Source of the DNA: a virus
Lineage: Duplodnaviria > Caudoviricetes
Virus record (IMG/VR): IMGVR_UViG_3300005805_000250
Coordinates: 1-34,625 of that record
Strand: one strand, 5' to 3'
Length of the DNA: 34,625 nucleotides
The position numbers and the translations under genes were made by a program. This document shows, piece by piece, positions 1-11,018 of the stretch. The notes beneath the pieces were generated by a model that was not told the origin of the DNA, did not search any database, and saw only the letters and a program-made list of their open reading frames with translations. Position 1 is the stretch's first letter. Each line of letters begins with the position of its first letter.

Positions 1-363
1 TGGAGAAGGAATATCAGACGGTGACGGAGAAGGAGAAGAAGGCTCAGGAGTTGGCTCATCGGTTGTCTGTGATGAAGACGGAACTGGGGTTGGACTAGGT
101 GAAGGACTTTCTGGCTCTGGGCTCGGCGATTCTGGTAACACTTCTTCTGTTGGTGTTGACTCTGGTATCGGTGTTGGGCTAGGTGTTGGATTACCGTAAC
201 GCCAAGCCTCACAATCATTCCAAGTTGGATTGTAATTATCAGGCAATTCCATTTGCCAGTTATCCCCATTCCAATCATAGCAAGTCCAAGTAACTGCATT
301 AGACGGAACAGAAATTAAAGTAGTAAGGATAAAGATAGATATGACAGACAGTAACCTAAACAT
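1..363 (-). CDS. Secreted/membrane Pro-Ser-Thr-rich protein, running off the window start
   Basis: Hand translation: MFRLLSVISIFILTTLISVPSNA-VTWTCYDWNG...CEAWRYGNPTPSPTPIPESTPTEE. Signal-peptide-like N-terminus and PSPT low complexity. Alternative ATG at 375. Not in the ORF track. Confidence 0.7.
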   Translation of the reverse strand, partial: MFRLLSVISIFILTTLISVPSNAVTWTCYDWNGDNWQMELPDNYNPTWNDCEAWRYGNPTPSPTPIPESTPTEEVLPESPSPEPESPSPSPTPVPSSSQTTDEPTPEPSSPSPSPSDIPSP

Positions 364-931
364 TTGGTTGACCATTCCTACTGGAACACGCCGCCAATAC
401 CTTGCAGATATAATTAATGAAAGTCAAGTGTCTCCTGAAAAAATTGTGATAGTACATACAGTTGAATCAGAACCTATAGAAGGTGTAAATAATATTTGGG
501 ATTTAGAACCAGTTAATATCCAACGTTGGTGGAATCGTGGTATAGATGTTGCTAGAACCTTTGGTGCTGATTACATTGCTGTATTAAATGATGACTTAAG
601 ACTAAAGAATAATCCTATAAATAAGATTGCTTACGAGATGAACAAACTAAAAGCAGTACTTGGATACCCTTTACCATACACAGGTGCAATACCTGGATAC
701 TGTTGGGTGCTTGATGTTAAATCAAACATTAGGGCAGATGAAAACTTTAGATGGTGGTACGGTGATGATGATATTAGAATTAGGGCAGCACTACAAGGTG
801 AGATTGCTTATGTTCCAGTAGAAGTAGAACACATACACCCAAACCATTTAACATCAACCAATGAAGAGTTAATGAAACTTACTAGAGCAGACCAAACATA
901 CTTTGAAGAAAAGTGGGGCACATTATTATGA
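341..931 (+). CDS. GT-A fold (GT2-like) glycosyltransferase
   Basis: LTIPT first strand, WNRG, LNDD DxD-like motif, WWYGDDD catalytic-base region, C-terminal His. Confidence 0.7.
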   Translation: MTDSNLNIWLTIPTGTRRQYLADIINESQVSPEKIVIVHTVESEPIEGVNNIWDLEPVNIQRWWNRGIDVARTFGADYIAVLNDDLRLKNNPINKIAYEMNKLKAVLGYPLPYTGAIPGYCWVLDVKSNIRADENFRWWYGDDDIRIRAALQGEIAYVPVEVEHIHPNHLTSTNEELMKLTRADQTYFEEKWGTLL

Positions 932-1461
932 CAACAATAATTGGTATACAAAAACCAGACCACTGTTTACTTGTAGCAGACTCACGAATCACAGATGATT
1001 CAGGAAGAACCTACTCACATCCAGTAGTTACTAAAATAACTAAACGTGGAAAGTTTCTTATAGCAGGAGCAGGACTAACATTACCTTGCGATATTGTGCA
1101 ACACATTTGGAAACCACCATCACTAACACCAGTGGCAACCAAAGACCCATATCATTATATGGTTGAAACAGTTGCACCATCAATAAGATTTACTTTATCT
1201 GTCAATGGTTATCAACCTGATAAAGAATCAGAAGACCAAGACTTTATATTTCTCATAGCATTAAACGGTGTCATCTACGAGATAGATGACACGTTGTCTG
1301 TGCTTATGAGAGATGATGGTATCTATGGCATAGGTAGTGGGGCATCTTATGCCATAGGTGCTTTACACGCAGGTGCTTCTTGGAAGCAGGCTATGAGTAT
1401 TGCAGCGAAGAACAATGTCTTTACTGCTCCACCTTTTATTACACATAAGCAAACAAAATAG
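928..1461 (+). CDS. Ntn-hydrolase, proteasome-beta/HslV-like threonine peptidase
   Basis: ATG 928 overlaps the upstream TGA and gives MTTIIG (N-terminal Thr nucleophile). ADSR, conserved Lys (TKI) and GIGSG motifs. Confidence 0.8.
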   Translation: MTTIIGIQKPDHCLLVADSRITDDSGRTYSHPVVTKITKRGKFLIAGAGLTLPCDIVQHIWKPPSLTPVATKDPYHYMVETVAPSIRFTLSVNGYQPDKESEDQDFIFLIALNGVIYEIDDTLSVLMRDDGIYGIGSGASYAIGALHAGASWKQAMSIAAKNNVFTAPPFITHKQTK

Positions 1462-2154
1462 TTAGTTGATTACTGAGGTGCCACGATACTTGTGACCTTC
1501 AAGACTATAGTTAATAAAAGGATTAAGACTATAGATATTGCATTTATATACTTCTTGAAGTTTTTGTTTTAACTGAATAGTTTGAGCCTCAAACTGTACG
1601 GCACGGCTTTTAACATTGTTAATATATTCTTCATCATTAAACATAGTGTCATAAACATAACCATCAACCCAGGCTTTATCATCAAGTTCACCACAATCGT
1701 GTGCCACAAGAATAATATTCTTAGCACCAAGATGTGCAGCCAAATGAATAGCAGAAGTTATACTAGACCAAGAAACAACCAGATGATTATCCCCAACAGG
1801 GAACTCATTTAAAATATTAGTTTGTTTATCACGGTTTTCGTTATGCTCAAACTCGTACAAGTTATCAAATTCGTCAGATAATTTACCAGCACCATTAGCA
1901 CCAGTGTTACCGTAAGAACAAACAATCTTAACATCAGGCATATGTCTAGCCCAATGTTGTGCATCACTATGATACTTAGTAACAATATAATTAGTGGTAG
2001 GTAAATATGTTGAACCTACTTCGTTAACTGATACTGTTATCTTATCTTTAAAGAACTCTTTATCTATAAAGTTTAATGTTGGACCTGAACCAAGCACATA
2101 AATGTCTTTATCTTTATGCTTGTTCTTTAATTCAGATACAGGTTTTAAACCCAT
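1462..2154 (-). CDS. DUF115/MptE/Maf-like nucleotide-sugar transferase
   Basis: IYVLGSGPTL, SVN and SSITSAIHLAAHLGAKNIILVAHD motifs resemble this family. Confidence 0.6.
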   Translation of the reverse strand: MGLKPVSELKNKHKDKDIYVLGSGPTLNFIDKEFFKDKITVSVNEVGSTYLPTTNYIVTKYHSDAQHWARHMPDVKIVCSYGNTGANGAGKLSDEFDNLYEFEHNENRDKQTNILNEFPVGDNHLVVSWSSITSAIHLAAHLGAKNIILVAHDCGELDDKAWVDGYVYDTMFNDEEYINNVKSRAVQFEAQTIQLKQKLQEVYKCNIYSLNPFINYSLEGHKYRGTSVIN

Positions 2155-2556
2155 TTAAATAGCAAGAATATCTTTCGGGTCAACAGGTTTACCTGCAGAC
2201 CATCTAGCATTATCTCTTACCTCAAAATGTAAATGTGGACCAGATGAATTACCAGTGTTGCCTGACTCTGCTATGTGCTGACCAGTTTTAACTTTAGCGC
2301 CAGCCTTAACCATAGTCTTAGAACAGTGGGCATAAATCATCCACAAATCTTTACCATTAACTTTTGCTTTAACAATAACTTGTTTACCGTAGGCTTTTCC
2401 CCAGTTGTTACCTTGAACAACACCATCGCAAGCAGCGATAATATCTGTACCAGTAGGAACAGCGAAGTCTACACCACTATGAAAACCAGATTTCCACATC
2501 TTACCTTTTTTATTGTAAGGTGTAGTAATCTTTCCATCCTTGATAGGTAAACCCAT
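2155..2556 (-). CDS. M23 family peptidase (endolysin)
   Basis: HSGVD (HxxxD), YAH and GNTGNSSGPHLHFEVR (HxH) zinc motifs. Confidence 0.92.
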   Translation of the reverse strand: MGLPIKDGKITTPYNKKGKMWKSGFHSGVDFAVPTGTDIIAACDGVVQGNNWGKAYGKQVIVKAKVNGKDLWMIYAHCSKTMVKAGAKVKTGQHIAESGNTGNSSGPHLHFEVRDNARWSAGKPVDPKDILAI

Positions 2557-2565
2557 TCTTATCCT

Positions 2566-2829
2566 TTAGTTGTAGTAGAAACCGTTAGGGTCGTTCATTC
2601 TTTTAGACATTATTGTAAACCTAGGTTCTGGAGTATAAATACCTTCATTTGGTGAAGGTTTTGGTTTTGGTTTACCTGGTTTAACAATTGGTTTTGGTTT
2701 ACCTGGTGCAATTGGTCTACCTATTGGTTTTGGTAATTTACCTATAGGTCTTCCTGGTTGACCTGGTTTCATAGTCAATTCTGCTTCAATTTGACTTATT
2801 GGTTTACCTGGTTTTTCTTTTCTTATCAT
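2566..2829 (-). CDS. Small Pro/Lys-rich hypothetical protein
   Basis: KPGKP/PIG repeats; tightly packed in the operon. Confidence 0.6.
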   Translation of the reverse strand: MIRKEKPGKPISQIEAELTMKPGQPGRPIGKLPKPIGRPIAPGKPKPIVKPGKPKPKPSPNEGIYTPEPRFTIMSKRMNDPNGFYYN

Positions 2830-2831
2830 TA

Positions 2832-3083
2832 TTATTTACCGCCTTTTCCTTTAGATGCTTTCTTAAATACTTCGTCAACCTCAGCCAAAGTTAAGTCTCC
2901 GTCTTTCAGGAACTCTCTGGCAAGGTCGGTTACAATTCCTGCAACGGCTAAACCTCCAGCGATGGCTGCTGCTTTAACAGGTTCAACACCTGCAAAAGCA
3001 CCCACTCCAACAGATGGTAGTGCAAAAGAAATAAATAGGGCTAGTGAACGTGTAACAACGTTCTTTAATACGTGTAATGACAT
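2832..3083 (-). CDS. Putative holin
   Basis: 83 aa with two hydrophobic segments and a charged C-terminus, upstream of the lysin. Confidence 0.6.
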   Translation of the reverse strand: MSLHVLKNVVTRSLALFISFALPSVGVGAFAGVEPVKAAAIAGGLAVAGIVTDLAREFLKDGDLTLAEVDEVFKKASKGKGGK

Positions 3084-5251
3084 TATAGTTTCCTTACAGT
3101 TAGTAGAAGTTTGCCACCAAAACCATTAAATCTTTCACTTGGTGGTGTTGCAGAAAAGAATCTAATCTCTTCAATCAACGCTGAATATGTTTCATCAGTT
3201 CTAAAGTCTTGAATAGTAACAACGTTACCTGTCTTCTCTATGTCTTCAAGTTCAGAGATACGGTCAAACGCTCTATCATCTTCGGAACCAACAATGTTGT
3301 TATACTTATCCATCTCCACGTCATAACAGTACAATGGGAACTGGATAAGTCTTTGTTTCTCTATAGCAGGTAACGCTTTAATCTGGTAACCAGTCATAAC
3401 AGCACCAGCAGTATTATCAGTAGAACTTCTGTTTAAATCAAATTTGAAAGCAACATACTCTTGAGCACCAGTAGGTCTACCAATACCTAAATCTTGGTTT
3501 AATAAACTACTAACAATTTCATACAAATCGTAATTTACTTCATTAGCATCTATGCTAGTAAGTTCAATAGTGCTGTTATCAAGATTGCCTCTGACTTTAA
3601 TGAACTTAAAATATTTAGATTCAATAGTTGCGTAACGAATAAAACCTGTACGCAAATATCCGTTTGCTACAAGTCTAGTGGCTGCTTCAATATAGTTGTA
3701 GTCTGTGTCAAGGGCAAAGATTTTACGGTCAGATGTACCCAAGAAAGCCACAGCCTTACAGTTCTTAGCAACATCTTTAAATAAATCGTGAGCATAAGCA
3801 AAGCGAAGAGGACTAATCTGTTCAGATAAATCAATACGAATTAGACCACCCTTACCATTAACCTCGGCAGTAGCCCAACAGAATCTATCTCTGAAAGCAA
3901 AATCGTAAACAGGTTGCTCGGTTTCAGCAATCAAAGGACCATAAGATATTGAACCATCATCAGGTGAAATGATTGCAGCCCTGATACCTTTAGATGTTCC
4001 TATCATCATATAGCCCAAGTATTGTTTGATGGCATAAATTAGTTCACCATCAGGCATCTGTGCTGATACAACAGCAGATGTTAGCGAAGTGATAGCACCA
4101 GCATCAGACAAAGTAAACTTGTAGATTGATGATTGAACACCAGCGTAACCTGCCACATAGATTGCTGCACCTGATTCTGCAATGCTTGTGAAAGTGTAAT
4201 CAGTGTTAGGGTGAGTAAAAATAGGAGATGGAAGGGATGAAGATGATGGGGTTAGTTCATAAACTTTGTTATCTGCCGCAAGAATGATACGACCTTTAAC
4301 CCAGTCCATCGCAACTTTACCATCAGTAAAAAGGTATGAGTTAATCTTAAACATTTCAGTATCAGCAGTTGTTGAATCTCCTGTAAGAACTTTTTTGTAA
4401 ACGTGTCCTTTGTTTGTGCCAGCATCATCATCATTTGTAACCCAGTATGCTGTTGTTCCATCATCACATATTGCATACACTGGGTCCTCGGAACCAGGGT
4501 TGTAGTCAATGAAATGGATAATGTCAGATGTTCCTGTACCAACAGGGGACACTGCTGCTGAAACAACATCTGCTGCTGTTTTATCGTAAGTAAAAGTTGT
4601 TGTGGTAGGCACAGCCTTAACACGGTAAGTGCCATCAAATGTGGCATCAACACCACTGATATCAACTTCCATACCAATTGCTAAACCGTGTACAGCAGTA
4701 GTGGTTAAGGTGGCAACGTTTGAAGTTAGAGCCTTGTTGTTAATTGAAAAAGTTATTCTGGGATAAACTTTATCAACATCGTGACCATCAAGAAGCAGTG
4801 CTTCATCCCTACTTGATTCGCGAATGGAACGAAGTTTAAGGCTACCTGTGGTAGTTACGTGGCTAGTATCAACATCTTTCAATAAACTTGTTTGACCTTT
4901 AGTCCAAACATCAACACCCTCAGAATCTGAAAACCTAAAACGTAAAGTCTCATCTTGCACAGGTTCAAAAAACTTTGCCCCAGCACCAAGATGAAAAGAT
5001 GATTGGGAACGAAACCACCAACCAGTAAACGATTGCTCACCTGGCTCAGTTGTTTGGTCAATCTGTTCACGTTTAGAAGGAGCAGATTCCCTACGGTAAG
5101 GTGTTTCATCAGTTGACGCTAAAAAGAAAGGCATATCATTAACAGCAATATCAAATGCTTCAGCATTTAACGAAAAACTTTGTGTCCCCGAAGTGGTGTT
5201 AGTAGATATATCGTAGACTAAATCTTCCGTAATATCATTAACTTCTGCCAT
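3083..5251 (-). CDS. Tail nozzle / tail tubular protein B-like protein
   Basis: 722 aa, beta-rich, at the end of the tail module. Assignment mostly from size and synteny. Confidence 0.6.
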   Translation of the reverse strand: MAEVNDITEDLVYDISTNTTSGTQSFSLNAEAFDIAVNDMPFFLASTDETPYRRESAPSKREQIDQTTEPGEQSFTGWWFRSQSSFHLGAGAKFFEPVQDETLRFRFSDSEGVDVWTKGQTSLLKDVDTSHVTTTGSLKLRSIRESSRDEALLLDGHDVDKVYPRITFSINNKALTSNVATLTTTAVHGLAIGMEVDISGVDATFDGTYRVKAVPTTTTFTYDKTAADVVSAAVSPVGTGTSDIIHFIDYNPGSEDPVYAICDDGTTAYWVTNDDDAGTNKGHVYKKVLTGDSTTADTEMFKINSYLFTDGKVAMDWVKGRIILAADNKVYELTPSSSSLPSPIFTHPNTDYTFTSIAESGAAIYVAGYAGVQSSIYKFTLSDAGAITSLTSAVVSAQMPDGELIYAIKQYLGYMMIGTSKGIRAAIISPDDGSISYGPLIAETEQPVYDFAFRDRFCWATAEVNGKGGLIRIDLSEQISPLRFAYAHDLFKDVAKNCKAVAFLGTSDRKIFALDTDYNYIEAATRLVANGYLRTGFIRYATIESKYFKFIKVRGNLDNSTIELTSIDANEVNYDLYEIVSSLLNQDLGIGRPTGAQEYVAFKFDLNRSSTDNTAGAVMTGYQIKALPAIEKQRLIQFPLYCYDVEMDKYNNIVGSEDDRAFDRISELEDIEKTGNVVTIQDFRTDETYSALIEEIRFFSATPPSERFNGFGGKLLLTVRKL

Positions 5252-5906
5252 TTAATTCCTTAACTTTATCTATGAATTGTAAAAAATTGCCTTGAAATTT
5301 TAGTGAACCAATATGGTTACAGGTTTTAGATGGGTCAATAAATACTTTGAAACCACCATCACGAAGTTTGTAGTTAATTAAAACATCCTCGGAAACAATA
5401 TCGTTGTCTTTAATTTTGACCTCAAAAACCCATCTGCGGTTACTACCGTTATGAACATAAGGTTCAGAGTTGTTCCACAAATATTGGATAGCATCTTTGG
5501 AAAGGTAATAGAAACCAGTACCAATAGATTCAACCTCTATAAGGTTATCCTCATTAAAGTTAAGGTTTTCTATTTTGCATTTAACATTGTATGATTCTTC
5601 GGTTGCAGATTTTTTGATAACAGGTAAACCTATAGCATCTTTACCTGATTCAACTAAATCAACAGCCCACTGTGGATGCCATTCCATATCGGCATCTACC
5701 CAAATCATTCCATCAAAATTGTTTTCAACAGCAACAGCAATTAAATCATTACGTGAACGCTGTATTAGAGCATCGTATGACATATATACTGGTTGAAAAT
5801 TTATGTTGTTTTGCAGCCCCAGTATGATGGTGTTTGTTAGAGAGTTGACATACCAAACATCTAACTTGCCATCATATGTTGGGGTTGCTATTAGTATCTG
5901 TTTCAT
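5238..5906 (-). CDS. GT-A fold glycosyltransferase-like protein
   Basis: IATPTY, RSRN, WVDAD (DxD), GTGF, SED and HIG motifs. Confidence 0.75.
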   Translation of the reverse strand: MKQILIATPTYDGKLDVWYVNSLTNTIILGLQNNINFQPVYMSYDALIQRSRNDLIAVAVENNFDGMIWVDADMEWHPQWAVDLVESGKDAIGLPVIKKSATEESYNVKCKIENLNFNEDNLIEVESIGTGFYYLSKDAIQYLWNNSEPYVHNGSNRRWVFEVKIKDNDIVSEDVLINYKLRDGGFKVFIDPSKTCNHIGSLKFQGNFLQFIDKVKELNGRS

Positions 5907-5929
5907 AACCGTCCCTTATGATTACTAGA

Positions 5930-6157
5930 TTAATGTGTTGATTCGTACATAGAAGCAAACACTTCATCTAAGTGAGTACTTGCTTCTAATAGTTCCGCAT
6001 CTAAATAGTCTTCAGGTTTTTTGGTTGGTTCAACCTCAAGAGTAAATGGTAAATCGTGGCTGTAACCATTTTCAGAGTAAAGAACTCTTGCTTCCCATTT
6101 AGTTACTTTACCTGATTCATTAACGGTTGGGTTCTTTTCTTGTATTTCTTTTTGCAT
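5930..6157 (-). CDS. Small acidic protein, possible tail-fibre assembly factor
   Basis: 75 aa directly downstream of the tail fibre; function from position only. Confidence 0.45.
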   Translation of the reverse strand: MQKEIQEKNPTVNESGKVTKWEARVLYSENGYSHDLPFTLEVEPTKKPEDYLDAELLEASTHLDEVFASMYESTH

Positions 6158-6159
6158 TG

Positions 6160-8097
6160 TTATCCTAACTTGGTTTCTAGTTCTTCTACTTTAGCAGATA
6201 ATTCTTGGATTGCTTTGACCAGAACAGGGATAAGTTTACTTGGTGCTGCTTCCAATTTGTCTTGGTTTTCGGTTAGAACAATGTTCAAATAACCTCTAGT
6301 ACCAAATTCTTCTTCAGCAGCAAGAAGTTCTTGGGCAATAAATCCTGCTTCAAGAATATCAACTTTACCACCGTCACGCATATTCCATTCAAACTTAACA
6401 GGGTTCAAAGCGTTGATGAAGTCTAATCCTACTGGGATAGATTCAACATTCTTTTTATCTCTTATGTCTGATAGTGATGATATTGTGGTTACTTGGCAGC
6501 GCAGTGTTGCAATGGATGAGTTACCTAAAGTGATGGTATCGCTTGTGGTTGCGGTTGCAGCGTTTGCACCGTTACCTATCATTGTGTTGTTAACACCTGT
6601 GGTGTTTGTTAAACCTGCTTGGTATCCTATTGCGGTGTTTGTAGTTCCAATAGTGGTTGCACCAAGTGCATCTAAACCAATAGCAATATTGTTAGCACCT
6701 GTTGTATTAACGTCTAATGCTTCGTGTCCAATACCAACGTTGTTAGTACCAATAGTGTTTGCACCAAGAGCATTTGTACCAATAGCAATGTTTTGTATAC
6801 CAGTAGTGTTAGCATCTAAAGCAAGGTAACCAATGGCAATATTATCTGTACCAATATTGTTAGAACGCAATACATCTGTACCTATAGCAACGTTTTGTAT
6901 ACCAGTAGTGTTAGCACTTAATGTTCTATCGCCAACAGCAATGTTGTGATTACCAAAAGTATTAGAAAATAATGCTTGGAAACCTACACCAATATTTTTA
7001 GTACCACTAATATTTTCTTTTAAAGCAGTAACACCTATAGCAACGTTTTGTCCACCTGTGGTATTAACAAGTAAAGCATCGTCACCAATAGCAATATTTC
7101 TAGTACCGATAGTGTTTGCACCAAGTGCGTCAGTACCTATTGCAACGTTTGTAATACCTGTAGTGTTAGCATCAAGTGCTCTAAGACCCACAGCAACGTT
7201 ATCTGTACCGATAGTGTTTGCAACAAGGGCATCTTTACCAACAGCAACATTTCCAATACCAGTGGTATTATCAGTAAGAGCAAAATAACCAACAGCAGTG
7301 TTATTTGCTGCAGTATTGTCTCTTAACGCTTGGTAACCAACAGCAGTGTTAGCAGCATTTGTAGTATTAAATTGTAAAGCAGCATTACCCACAGCAACGT
7401 TATGATTACCACGAGTTAAATCTTGTAAAGCGGCTTTACCTACAGCAACATTACCATCACCAGTAATATTTGCAGTAAGTGCCTCACCACCAAAAGCAGT
7501 ATTGTTACTAGCAGTAGTGTTAGCATCAAGTGCTCGGTCACCAACAGCAGTGTTACCAGTACCAAAAGTATTAACAGCAAGAGCATTTCTACCAACAGCA
7601 ACGTTATTAGCACCTGTAGTATTAACTTTTAAAGCAGAATGACCAACAGCAGTGTTGGCTAAAGAAGTAACAGCATCAGTTAAAGCATCCACACCAACAG
7701 CAGTGTTTAAAGTACCAGTAGTTAAAGCATCACCAGCACCAGTACCAACATTAAGATTAGAAGTATTAACAACAGAAATATGCAAATTACCATTAGCAAT
7801 ATGGTCCTGTGGTTCCTGCAAATCGCGAGCAGTAATCATATGACGGACAGCCACACCAGAATCGTGGGCAACACCAGTAGTGCCATCCTGTGCGCGTGTT
7901 ACGTTAACTGTTGTACCAGCAGAAAGCGAATCAACTGTAACAATTTCCTCGTTCGCTGTATCAGGTTCAATAACCATAGTAAACGGATACGCTGGGATAC
8001 CTGTTAAGTTATTTAACTGCATTGTGGTCACAGATGCGTTCATAGCCAAGGCTAATGACTTTGCATCAAGTGTTGATGTATAATTTCTTGCTACCAT
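6160..8097 (-). CDS. Tail fibre with 14-aa repeats and C-terminal peptidase S74 intramolecular chaperone
   Basis: Repeats of N(T/V/I)A(V/I)GxxALxxNT(T/I)G, then the SDIRDKKN autocleavage motif, GFIAQE and an LVKAIQEL coiled coil. Confidence 0.88.
   Translation of the reverse strand: MVARNYTSTLDAKSLALAMNASVTTMQLNNLTGIPAYPFTMVIEPDTANEEIVTVDSLSAGTTVNVTRAQDGTTGVAHDSGVAVRHMITARDLQEPQDHIANGNLHISVVNTSNLNVGTGAGDALTTGTLNTAVGVDALTDAVTSLANTAVGHSALKVNTTGANNVAVGRNALAVNTFGTGNTAVGDRALDANTTASNNTAFGGEALTANITGDGNVAVGKAALQDLTRGNHNVAVGNAALQFNTTNAANTAVGYQALRDNTAANNTAVGYFALTDNTTGIGNVAVGKDALVANTIGTDNVAVGLRALDANTTGITNVAIGTDALGANTIGTRNIAIGDDALLVNTTGGQNVAIGVTALKENISGTKNIGVGFQALFSNTFGNHNIAVGDRTLSANTTGIQNVAIGTDVLRSNNIGTDNIAIGYLALDANTTGIQNIAIGTNALGANTIGTNNVGIGHEALDVNTTGANNIAIGLDALGATTIGTTNTAIGYQAGLTNTTGVNNTMIGNGANAATATTSDTITLGNSSIATLRCQVTTISSLSDIRDKKNVESIPVGLDFINALNPVKFEWNMRDGGKVDILEAGFIAQELLAAEEEFGTRGYLNIVLTENQDKLEAAPSKLIPVLVKAIQELSAKVEELETKLG
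6530..7760 (-). repeat. Coding tandem repeats, ~42-nt unit
   Basis: Recurrent segments such as gtaccgatagtgtttgca and ttttgtataccagtagtgttagca. Boundaries approximate. Confidence 0.8.
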
Positions 8098-8110
8098 TTA
8101 TTTTTCTTCC

Positions 8111-9004
8111 TTATCTTGTGTAGTGAACACGAATTGGGTAACGGTCTCTTAATTTTCTAGACTCTTCATCTAAACGTTGTGTATATAAAGCAAGCAAATA
8201 TCTTGCAGCATTAGTACCAGCGTTAAGAGGAATTTTGCCAGACTGAATATCAGCCTCTGGTGCTGTAAGAGTTAAACGACCAGGGTCAATCATTGATGCC
8301 ATACGATAAGCAGCACCGTAAACAATCACATCTTTACAAGACAAAGGTAAACCTGTAACATCCTCATAATCGTCTTGGTCTATTTCAAAAATATCAGGGT
8401 TAGTTGTGTAAAACACTTGCACTGTTCTACCTGGAACAATGCTGTCATAGATTGATAAAGATATATTGGAATTAAATTCTGTAGTGTTAGCCATTGGGTC
8501 AATACGCCAAGACCTAACTGGGTACCATTCTTCGGTTGGACCAATTGATTGATGAGAAACAGCCAAAACTCTTTCAACATCATTAGGTAAAGCGTAAGTT
8601 ACTTGTGAAGGATTGTAACTAAATGTGTGTGTTCCTGTACCAAACAATGTGTCACCAACAGCACGAATAGTATCGTTAATTGCTTTCTTAATATTGTTTC
8701 TAGGGTAAGTTGGTTTAATAATAACCTGTGTACCAGCAGTATGAGAAGACTTAGTTGTTCCTAAATATCCTCTACCGTAAGGTGGAATGGTTACAACACC
8801 AGTGTTTTTATCGTAAGAATCAATCCAAATAAGTTCATCATCAATTTGCATCATACCTTTAGCAACATTATCTGCTGATGAAAGTGTCATACTTGTAGCA
8901 GTTGAGGTCACATTAGCAGTTAAGTGTGTTGACCTATCTTGACGTAAAGTAAAACCTTGAAGGTTTAACGCTACCTCATCAACCAGTTCTTTAAACGTTG
9001 GCAT
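8111..9004 (-). CDS. Tail adaptor / tail tubular protein A-like protein
   Basis: TFKELVDEV start, KKAINDTI and IVYGAAY helices resemble podoviral adaptors; synteny agrees. Confidence 0.6.
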   Translation of the reverse strand: MPTFKELVDEVALNLQGFTLRQDRSTHLTANVTSTATSMTLSSADNVAKGMMQIDDELIWIDSYDKNTGVVTIPPYGRGYLGTTKSSHTAGTQVIIKPTYPRNNIKKAINDTIRAVGDTLFGTGTHTFSYNPSQVTYALPNDVERVLAVSHQSIGPTEEWYPVRSWRIDPMANTTEFNSNISLSIYDSIVPGRTVQVFYTTNPDIFEIDQDDYEDVTGLPLSCKDVIVYGAAYRMASMIDPGRLTLTAPEADIQSGKIPLNAGTNAARYLLALYTQRLDEESRKLRDRYPIRVHYTR

Positions 9005-10052
9005 TATTCTTTTGCATCCATTCCAAGTTATCTATCAATCTTTGTTCTTTAGGATTACCTTGTATTGCTTTAATTGCGTACTCTATTGCTTCATCTTTTT
9101 TACCCAAATACCAACCAGATATGGCTAGTAAGTCAAAACATTTCCAATTCCAAACATCATCATTAACAAGATAATGTTTTTCTTTAACCAAACTATTAAC
9201 CTTGATTGCAGAATCCCAGCATCCTTGCCAGTTCTTTATCTCATAATTGAACTGTGCTAAAGAATACCAAGCCTCAAGTTGGTCAGATGCCTCTTTCACA
9301 CCTTTAACAAACCAGTCCCTAGCCATCTCTTTATTGTTTAAGTTAACAAACGCTTGTGCTGCAGCCCTGCAAGATGCGGCACGTTCAATATGCCAACCAC
9401 CTGCTTTAAGCATTTCCTCAGCAGATTCAATAGTTTCTCTCCACATACTGTGAAAAAAATACTCTCTACAAAGGTAAGCCCACATACGTGCATCCTGTGG
9501 TGTTTCAGCAACAGCCATCTTTAACATTGGCAAATATTGTGACCGAGATTTATTGTCATCAGGTCTGTGTAAAACAGTTAAATCTAAAGTAATACTTTTC
9601 TCTTCACCACCAAAAAAGTCACCATAATATTCTGTGACCTCGTGGCAAGGTTTAACCCAACGATAACCGTGTCTTGAATGTAAACGATTATTGTTCTGCC
9701 ATTTGTATCCTGTTTCCCAAGTTAACCAAATACGGTTAACATCAGGTGTCCAGTGTTGTCTTACAACATCAAAGAATCCATCTTGCGGTATCTCATCCAT
9801 ATCAAGGGAAAGACACATATCAACATTAGCAGGTAACAAAGCAAGAGCAGCGTTACGCGCATCATCAAACCTGAAAGGTTGAACACTGATTTGATGAACG
9901 ATAACATTAGGTGCCCCTTGTAGTAATCTAACTGTTTTATCTGTTGAACCAGTATCAGCAACCAGTCTTACATCAGCATCTTTGGTTGCTTCCAACCAAC
10001 GCATAACGTGCTTCTCTTCATTCAATGCAATTGCGTAAACTGCTATTTTCAT
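8991..10052 (-). CDS. GT2 glycosyltransferase with C-terminal TPR-like helices
   Basis: AIALNEE, ADTGSTD, FDDARNAAL, LDMDE and CHE motifs followed by TPR-like repeats. Confidence 0.88.
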   Translation of the reverse strand: MKIAVYAIALNEEKHVMRWLEATKDADVRLVADTGSTDKTVRLLQGAPNVIVHQISVQPFRFDDARNAALALLPANVDMCLSLDMDEIPQDGFFDVVRQHWTPDVNRIWLTWETGYKWQNNNRLHSRHGYRWVKPCHEVTEYYGDFFGGEEKSITLDLTVLHRPDDNKSRSQYLPMLKMAVAETPQDARMWAYLCREYFFHSMWRETIESAEEMLKAGGWHIERAASCRAAAQAFVNLNNKEMARDWFVKGVKEASDQLEAWYSLAQFNYEIKNWQGCWDSAIKVNSLVKEKHYLVNDDVWNWKCFDLLAISGWYLGKKDEAIEYAIKAIQGNPKEQRLIDNLEWMQKNNANV

Positions 10053-10064
10053 AAGTGTCCCAAC

Positions 10065-11018
<954 letters not shown>

